Shown here: positions 36,648 through 42,183 of the stretch, piece by piece | How positions within the stretch are numbered: the stretch's first letter is position 1 | Layout of the letters: every line of letters starts with the position of its first letter | Assembly: GCA_016218805.1 (NCBI GenBank) | Contig: JACRCW010000031.1 | Span: 62,001-104,183 of the forward strand | Direction of reading: 5' to 3' | Origin: Deltaproteobacteria bacterium | GTDB taxonomy: Bacteria > Myxococcota > JACRCW01 | DNA: 42,183 bases | The notes under the pieces: generated by a model | Database searches by the model: none | Told to the model about the DNA's origin: nothing | Seen by the model: the letters and a program-made list of their open reading frames with translations, nothing else | Program-made: the position numbers and the translations under genes

Positions 36648-36673
36648 TGACCCTTACGCAAGCGTCAGAGTCT
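36648..36673. promoter_or_regulatory. Palindromic operator 2 (related to operator 1)
   Basis: TGACCCTTACGC-AA-GCGTCAGAGTCT; inner arms 9/11 complementary; 17/26 identical to operator 1; just upstream of the -35. Confidence 0.6.
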
Positions 36674-36678
36674 GTCCG

Positions 36679-37116
36679 TCAGCGCAGCAGCGCGTCTTCC
36701 AGTTCTTTGGCTTCGCGCTCCAGGGCGTCCCGCTCGTTGCGGTCCGTCCACGTGCGCTTCTCACGCGCCAGCGCGCGCAGTTCCTCAATGCGGCGCACCG
36801 TGCCCACCACGCCGTCCGCCGCGCTCAGGCACACGGCGCCGGCGTGCGCCGGCTGCGTCCCCACCACGGGCGTGGTCAGCGGTGCGGTCTGCAGGCAGCG
36901 CTGGATGCGCGCGTCAATGACGGCAAACGCCCGCGCCCGCACCCGCTCCAACTGCTCAATCTGGCGGTCCACCACGTCGCGCTTGGGCATGTCCGCAAAC
37001 GTCCGCAGCGTGGCCCGCTCCTTCTTGAGCGCGGCAATGTCCTGGTCAAGCTGCAGCAGGTCCGGGTGGCCGTAGAAGCCGGCCAGCGTGGCGACGACGA
37101 GCAGGGCACTGAGCAT
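36679..37116 (-). CDS. Hypothetical exported protein
   Basis: GGAGAG upstream of ATG 37116; short hydrophobic N-terminus; helical/coiled-coil character; two Cys. Confidence 0.65.
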   Translation of the reverse strand: MLSALLVVATLAGFYGHPDLLQLDQDIAALKKERATLRTFADMPKRDVVDRQIEQLERVRARAFAVIDARIQRCLQTAPLTTPVVGTQPAHAGAVCLSAADGVVGTVRRIEELRALAREKRTWTDRNERDALEREAKELEDALLR

Positions 37117-37213
37117 GGCGGTCTCTCCGGGGCAGGTCTGACTTGGACGGTTGCGCAGGGCCCCGGTATTCACCGTGCCCGCTGTTCGCCCGGCTTCCGG
37201 GAGGGCGGCCCGA

Positions 37214-37256
37214 CTTGGTATCCCAACCGTTTACGCTGCACCACGTTTGGGATACC
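37214..37256. promoter_or_regulatory. Inverted repeat upstream of the XRE gene
   Basis: GGTATCCCAACCGT-N12-ACGTTTGGGATACC, 13/14 complementary. Confidence 0.65.
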
Positions 37257-37287
37257 TGGCCAGCCTCCTGCCACCCCGGAGCCCGTC

Positions 37288-37629
37288 TTGAGCCTGGCTG
37301 ACAACCTCCTCCAGCTGCGCACCACCGCCGGCATGACCCAGCAGGCCCTGGCGGACGCCGCCAAGGTCAACGTCCTCCAGATCAAGCGCTACGAGGGCGG
37401 CCACTCCGAACCCAGCGTGCGCGTCCTGGTGGCCCTGGCCAACGCGCTGGGCTGCACCCTGGACGCCCTGGCGTACGAGGAAGGGCCCGCCCTGCGCGGC
37501 AGCCGCTGGCGCGCGCTCGCCGCCCGGGTGGAAGGCCTTGGCCGTCCCCACAGCGAGCGCATTGCCGAGGTGGTGCTTGCCCTGGTGGAACGCGTGGAGC
37601 GCATGCAGCGCGAGCGGCCGGCCAGGTGA
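37288..37629 (+). CDS. XRE-family HTH transcriptional regulator
   Basis: 'LLQLRTTAGMTQQALADAAKVNVLQIKRYEGGHSEPSVRVLVALANALGCTLDAL'; TTG start at 37288 inferred. Confidence 0.85.
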   Translation: MSLADNLLQLRTTAGMTQQALADAAKVNVLQIKRYEGGHSEPSVRVLVALANALGCTLDALAYEEGPALRGSRWRALAARVEGLGRPHSERIAEVVLALVERVERMQRERPAR

Positions 37630-37630
37630 C

Positions 37631-37672
37631 CTTGGTATCCAAAGCGTTGATATTGGTGACCATTGAGATACC
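37631..37672. promoter_or_regulatory. Second, related inverted repeat downstream of the XRE gene and upstream of queD
   Basis: CTTGGTATCCAAAGCGTT…TTGAGATACC; shares CTTGGTATCC and the GGTATC…GATACC geometry (39 versus 40 nt span) with 37214-37256. Confidence 0.55.
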
Positions 37673-37735
37673 ACGTCCGTCCGCGCCACTTGCGCGATTG
37701 TCCGCCCACCTGCTGGCGACTATAGGCGCAGCGCC

Positions 37736-38095
37736 ATGCGCGTCAGGGTGGACTTCCCGTTTTGTGCGTCACACATCCTGCCCCGGCATCCCGGCCGGTG
37801 CCGTTCGCTCCACGGCCACAACTACCTGCTCCAGGTGACGGTGAAGGGGCGCATTGATCCCGTCAGCGGCATGGTGATGGACTTTGATGACATCACCAGC
37901 GTGGTCAACGAACACGTACTGGCCCAGGTGGACCACAAGCACCTCAACGACGTGATGGGCAACCCCACCGCCGAGCACATTGTGCAGTGGTGCTGGAAGC
38001 AGCTGGCCGGGAAGCTCACCGGCCTGGACGAGCTGATGCTGTACGAGACGCCGGACTGCTGCGCCGTGTACCGCGGCGAAGACGAGGCCCCATGA
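37736..38095 (+). CDS. queD: 6-carboxytetrahydropterin synthase (QueD/PTPS family)
   Basis: 'FCASHIL…CRSLHGHNY', 'GMVMDF', 'DHKHLN', 'NPTAE', 'YETP'. Confidence 0.92.
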   Translation: MRVRVDFPFCASHILPRHPGRCRSLHGHNYLLQVTVKGRIDPVSGMVMDFDDITSVVNEHVLAQVDHKHLNDVMGNPTAEHIVQWCWKQLAGKLTGLDELMLYETPDCCAVYRGEDEAP

Positions 38096-38715
38096 TTCCC
38101 CACGGCGCGCGCAGCGTGGGCATCCCGCGGGAGGGCGCCTTTGACCGGGCCCGGTTTGAAGCCGCGGTGCGCGAGCTGCTGTCCGCCGCGGGCTTCTCCG
38201 GCCAGGAGGAACACCTGGGCAGCACGCCCACGCGCGTGGCTGACCTGTGGGCCCGCCGCCTGCTTGGCGGCTACGAGGTTGACGCCGCGGACGCGCTGGG
38301 GCGCGGCTTTGAGGACACGCGCCGCGACGCGGTGATCATCCGCGGCATTGCCATCCACGGCGTGTGCCCGCACCACCTGGTGCCGTTCCGGGGCGTGGCC
38401 CACGTGGGGTACATCCCCGGGGGACGCCTGCACGGGTTTGGCCGCGTGGCGCGCATGGTGGACGCCCTCAGCCACCGCCTCACCTACCAGGAGTGGTTCA
38501 CGCGTGACGTGGTGGACGCGCTGATGCGCCACGGTGAAGCCTCCGGCGCGGCTTGTGTCGTAGAGGCGGAACAGCTGTGCCTGCTACTGGGGGAGGACCG
38601 GCGCGGTGATGAGCGTGTGATCACGCAGGCCTTTGCCGGTAGCTACGCCGGCGAGGGCCCCGAGGCGGCCGCCCGCCGGAAGGAGCTGTTGGACGCGCTG
38701 GGACGGGCGCCCTGA
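38092..38715 (+). CDS. folE: GTP cyclohydrolase I (FolE family, divergent)
   Basis: ATGA overlap with queD; 'TPTRVA', 'CPHHLVPFRGVAHVGYIP', 'QE', third Zn-ligand Cys in 'EQLC'. Confidence 0.8.
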   Translation: MIPHGARSVGIPREGAFDRARFEAAVRELLSAAGFSGQEEHLGSTPTRVADLWARRLLGGYEVDAADALGRGFEDTRRDAVIIRGIAIHGVCPHHLVPFRGVAHVGYIPGGRLHGFGRVARMVDALSHRLTYQEWFTRDVVDALMRHGEASGAACVVEAEQLCLLLGEDRRGDERVITQAFAGSYAGEGPEAAARRKELLDALGRAP

Positions 38716-38797
38716 GGACCGTGCCAGAACTCCCCGGGAACAGGGCCGTTCAACCCATCTTGTAAGATCCATGGCGGGTGACAAGTTTGAGGGTGCC

Positions 38798-39304
38798 ATG
38801 TCCGTTGTGAACCGCTCCCCTGCTGCGTCCTCCGGCACTCCGGGGCCGGAGCATTTCTGCGCGTTTGACGCGGACATCATGGGCCGCACCCCGCTCATGG
38901 CGGGCATGCCGGAGGACTGCCGGTGCGTGCTGACGGACCGCATGGAACCGCGCACCTACCAGGACGGAGAAACCGTCTATGCCGAGGGCGACGCGGCGCG
39001 TGACCTGTTCATCGTTGCCTCCGGCAACCTGGTGGTCAGCAAGCGCGGCGTTGCGCTGATGCTGTTGCGCCCGGCGGACTTCTTTGGTGAGCCCAGCTTC
39101 CTGGACATGCAGCCGCGCGGCAACACGGTCCGCGCCCGCGGCCTGACGACGGTGTACGTGATTCCGTACTCCGCGCTGCGGTCGCTCTACCAGGTGAACA
39201 TGCGGATGTACGCGCTCATCGTGATGAACCTGGCGCGCGAAATCTCGCGGCGGCTGCGCCACGCGGACGCGCTGGTGGCCGGCAGCACCCAGCCGCCCGA
39301 GTGA
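38798..39304 (+). CDS. Stand-alone cyclic nucleotide-binding domain protein
   Basis: 'VYAEGD…LFIVASG…FFGEPSFLDMQPRGNTVRA'; no HTH. Start 38798 or 38771. Confidence 0.85.
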   Translation: MSVVNRSPAASSGTPGPEHFCAFDADIMGRTPLMAGMPEDCRCVLTDRMEPRTYQDGETVYAEGDAARDLFIVASGNLVVSKRGVALMLLRPADFFGEPSFLDMQPRGNTVRARGLTTVYVIPYSALRSLYQVNMRMYALIVMNLAREISRRLRHADALVAGSTQPPE

Positions 39305-39310
39305 CACGCC

Positions 39311-40273
39311 TCAGGCGGCAAATCCCCACGCCATGGAGAACAGCCGGGCGATGTCCTGTGCCGGGAAGAACGACCCGTTGCCCGCCAGCGGCTGGAACGC
39401 GCGGTTGAAGTCCGGCGGCGCCTGCTGCGCCTGCAGCTGGCCGCCCCCCACTCCCTGCTGCATCAGCTGGCGCACGCCGTCGTCATTGGCCTCCACGCCG
39501 TAGCGCTGCTTGATGTCATCAATGGCGCCCTTGAAGTTGTAGTCCTTGAGGTCCATCACGCCGTTGCCGTTGCCGTCGCAGAAGATGTCGCCATTCTCAA
39601 ACTTCAGCGCCTTGTGCGTCTTGCCCTTGGCATCCTTGACCGTCGTCTCTTCGGCCTTGATGCCGTAACGGCGATCCAACTCCTCAGCCAGCTTCTTGGG
39701 CGTCATGCGCTTGCCCTTGGAGTCCGACAGGATGTTGTGCAGCGCCAGCTTGATGTGCGGGCTGTTGTTGAGGTTGGTGGGATTGGCCTTGTTGGTGCGG
39801 CAGGTGGACGTGGTGGCAAAGCGGTCCGGGCCCGTAGGCGTGGTGGGGTTGCCCGGCGTGGTGGGCCGCGTGATCACCGGGTCATCCTTCACCGGCACGT
39901 CCGGGCGGATGCCGGGGTGCGCAAACGCGTTGGCGCGCACCGGGTAATTGCCGGGATTGAACATGCCCATGGCGTTGAAGATTTCCGCCGCGGCGGTGCC
40001 GGCAAAGCCCGGGTTTCCCAGCAGCGCCTGCTGCGAGCCCGCCAGCGCGCGCAGCATGGAGGGCTCCATGGGGCGGTAGCCCGCGGGCGCCGGCAACAAC
40101 GAGCCCAGCGGGTTGCGCGCCAGCGACGGGGACCGCGCGAACGAGTCCGCCAGCATGGACAGGATCTGCTGGGCCATCTGCGCCTGCACGCCGGACAGCG
40201 ACGAAGTGGGCTGGTAGGCGGCGCGGAGGGCGGAGGGCGGGAACGAGGAACCGATCAACATGGCGTGCTCCAT
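39311..40273 (-). CDS. Hypothetical protein with low-complexity termini and an EF-hand-like loop
   Basis: Coding-like GC3 bias; S/Q/A/P-rich N-terminus without a signal peptide; 'DGNGNGVMDLKD'. Confidence 0.75.
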   Translation of the reverse strand: MEHAMLIGSSFPPSALRAAYQPTSSLSGVQAQMAQQILSMLADSFARSPSLARNPLGSLLPAPAGYRPMEPSMLRALAGSQQALLGNPGFAGTAAAEIFNAMGMFNPGNYPVRANAFAHPGIRPDVPVKDDPVITRPTTPGNPTTPTGPDRFATTSTCRTNKANPTNLNNSPHIKLALHNILSDSKGKRMTPKKLAEELDRRYGIKAEETTVKDAKGKTHKALKFENGDIFCDGNGNGVMDLKDYNFKGAIDDIKQRYGVEANDDGVRQLMQQGVGGGQLQAQQAPPDFNRAFQPLAGNGSFFPAQDIARLFSMAWGFAA

Positions 40274-40438
40274 GCCGTGGGGCGTTGGTCCGGCTACGGG
40301 TTTCTTGTCGGGGCCCGTGGGGTTGGGCGCCGCCTACAGGTATGTTTTCGGCGCCTACCTACCCCCGTCCCTCCGTCAAACGTCCGATCTTGGCGCGCCG
40401 GACCCGGTGGGGGAGCATGGGCGCACGGGAGGTGGCCA

Positions 40439-41674
40439 GTGAGCGCGCCGCAGAAGAAGAAGTTCCAGGGCTGGGAACTCACGCCGCGCGGGAAGATTGT
40501 GGGCGTGTGGCCGCTGCCGGACCAGCTGGAGCCGGATGACTGCGTGGAGGTGGAGGTGGACGCGGCGGGCAATGTGACCTGCATCCGCGAATGGCTGGAC
40601 GGCGGGAAACACCCGGTGGTGCGGCGCCCGTTCTACAAGGCCGGCCGGTTGGACCGCTCAGAGTATGAGGACCCGACGACGGGGCTTTGCGGCTGCAACC
40701 ACTACGAGTACGACGGGCGCGGCCTGCTCTCCGCGCGGCAGGAGGTGGCCCCCAACGGGAAGGTGCGGCACCGCATTGAGGTGCGGTGCGACGACCAGGG
40801 GCGCTTTGCCGAGGAGAAGGTGCACGACGCGCGCGGCCGCGTGGTGGAGCAGCACCGCTACATGTACGACGACGCCGGCCGCCTGGTGCGCGACGAAGAG
40901 CTGCTGCTTCCCGCGGGCAAGGCGCTCAAGGGCTTCCACGCGCTCACCTATGACGCGCGCGGCCGGATTGCGCGCCGGGCCTGGCACGACCCGGCGGGAC
41001 GCGAGCTGTCCTCCTTCCGCTACGCGTACGACGCGCTGGACCGGCGCGTGGAGATGACCGTGGAGTCCAGCGGGAAGGCGCAGGTCACCCGGCGCGTGGT
41101 GTTTGACGAGAAGGGACACAGCAAGGACACCGCATTGGTGGACGCGGCGGGCAGGCCGGTGGTGGTGGACGGCAAGGTGTCCACCGGCGTGGAGGCCAAG
41201 GGCGGCACACCGTCACCGGACAGGCTGCTGCGCGAGGGGTCCGCCACGCTGGGCCAGCTCACGCGCATGGACACCCGCCAGGTGGAGGCGGTGTGCCACC
41301 AGGCGTACGCGCACTTTGAGTCGGGGCGGTTTGCCGAGGCGCGGGCGTTGTTTGAATCCCTGGCGACGTTGGACCCCCGTTGCGCGTACTACCTGGCCGG
41401 CGTGGCCGCCGCGGCCATGCAGGAGGGGGACGTGGCCGCCGCGCTGAACTGGTATGACCGCGCGCTCACGCACGCACCGGGGCACCTGCCAAGCCTGGTG
41501 GGCCGGGCCGAGGCGCTGCTGCGCAAAGGCGACGTCGACGCGTCGCTCCAAGCGTTCCAGCAGGTGCTGCTGCACGCGCCTGCGGCGGATGACCCCGTGG
41601 TGCAGCGCACGCGCGCGCTGATGACTGCGCTGGCCCAGGGCGTGGCCCCCGCACCGGGGCGCGGCGGGCACTGA
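40439..41674 (+). CDS. YD/RHS-like repeat protein fused to a SycD/LcrH-like TPR domain
   Basis: GGAGGT RBS then GTG 40439; repeats 'YEYDGRGLL', 'YMYDDAGRL', 'TYDARGRI', 'YAYDALDRR'; C-terminal 'TLGQLTRMDTRQVEAV…AYAHFESGRFAEARALFESLATLDP' plus TPRs. Confidence 0.75.
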   Translation: MSAPQKKKFQGWELTPRGKIVGVWPLPDQLEPDDCVEVEVDAAGNVTCIREWLDGGKHPVVRRPFYKAGRLDRSEYEDPTTGLCGCNHYEYDGRGLLSARQEVAPNGKVRHRIEVRCDDQGRFAEEKVHDARGRVVEQHRYMYDDAGRLVRDEELLLPAGKALKGFHALTYDARGRIARRAWHDPAGRELSSFRYAYDALDRRVEMTVESSGKAQVTRRVVFDEKGHSKDTALVDAAGRPVVVDGKVSTGVEAKGGTPSPDRLLREGSATLGQLTRMDTRQVEAVCHQAYAHFESGRFAEARALFESLATLDPRCAYYLAGVAAAAMQEGDVAAALNWYDRALTHAPGHLPSLVGRAEALLRKGDVDASLQAFQQVLLHAPAADDPVVQRTRALMTALAQGVAPAPGRGGH

Positions 41675-41685
41675 CGCGGGTAGGC

Positions 41686-42183
41686 TCAGATGGCCTTGAG
41701 CTTCTTGAACTCCGGCGTCTCCCGCAGCTTGCCAAACTCCGGCGCCTCCAGGTCCTTCTTCTCCAGGGAACCCGCCTTCTCCAGCGCCTTGAGGCTCTTG
41801 AGCGCGTCCTTGTCGTTGCCCTTGAGCGCGTGCACCCGCGCCAGGTCAATCTTCAGCAGCAGGTCCACCCCGCGCTCCAACTCGCGTTCAGACGGCTTGA
41901 GCTTTTCCGCCGCCGTCAGTTCCCGCAGCGCCGCGTCCGCATCCCCGTTGAGCAGGTAGGCGTATCCCAGCCGGACGTGCGGCGTGAGCCGGTCCGGCGT
42001 CTGTTTCACTGAGCGTTCCAGTTGCAGGATCGCCTCGCCCGCCTGCCCGGCGTCCAGCAGGCGCTCACCGAGGTTGAGTTGGTAGAAGGGGGAATCACCA
42101 CCGGCCAGGCGCAGCGCCTGCCGCGCGTGCTCCATGGCGTCCTTGGGATTGTCCGTCCGGTAGGACGCGTAGGACAGGCGGTA
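41686..42183 (-). CDS. TPR protein, C-terminal part (runs off the window edge)
   Basis: Frame stays open to the window end; TPR motifs ('YQLNLGERLL', 'HVRLGYAYLL', 'DLARVHALKG') and terminal 'PEFGKLRETPEFKKL'. Confidence 0.8.
   Translation of the reverse strand, partial: YRLSYASYRTDNPKDAMEHARQALRLAGGDSPFYQLNLGERLLDAGQAGEAILQLERSVKQTPDRLTPHVRLGYAYLLNGDADAALRELTAAEKLKPSERELERGVDLLLKIDLARVHALKGNDKDALKSLKALEKAGSLEKKDLEAPEFGKLRETPEFKKLKAI

Noticed and set aside
36601..37287. N-terminal extension of ORF 36601-37629
   Set aside because: Crosses the isc promoter and an opposite-strand gene; only the XRE part is supported.
39614..40438. N-terminal extension of ORF 39614-41674
   Set aside because: Antisense to 39311-40273; a strong RBS supports GTG 40439.
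40439..41674. RHS polymorphic toxin call
   Set aside because: Too few repeats, no RHS core or cleavage motif, no toxin tip or immunity gene.

Overview
High-GC window, most consistent with a Myxococcota chromosome (inferred from gene content). From left to right: (1) a glutaredoxin-like lipoprotein, dsbD and an FHA-FHA-lipase gene; (2) a contiguous minus-strand adventurous-gliding cluster, cglB-like vWA adhesin, gltA/B, gltC, gltD, gltE, gltF, gltG, orf, gltH; (3) a ~4.4 kb accessory island between cglB and a gltK/cglC-like gene, holding a 253-aa hypothetical gene, a degenerate 42-bp palindromic repeat array with dyad axes every ~21 bp, and two tandem ABC-type ATPase + TOPRIM-like (DUF4276-like) gene pairs (candidate defence system); (4) ilvE, mltG, a GT87-like gene, yqgF/ruvX, a TPR lipoprotein, an amine-dehydrogenase-like gene and a Cys-repeat lipoprotein; (5) an ISC operon (iscS-iscU-iscA-hscB-hscA-fdx) with no Rrf2/IscR gene, bracketed by two MerR paralogues sharing a CxxC-x8-CxxC tail, with a sigma70-like promoter flanked by two related palindromes; (6) an XRE gene flanked by matching inverted repeats, queD-folE, a cNMP-binding protein, a low-complexity protein divergent from a YD-repeat/SycD-like chaperone fusion, and a partial TPR gene. 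Two copies of a REP-like element are present. No rRNA, tRNA, CRISPR, integrase or transposase was recognised. All family assignments come from motif recognition by eye, not from database searches.
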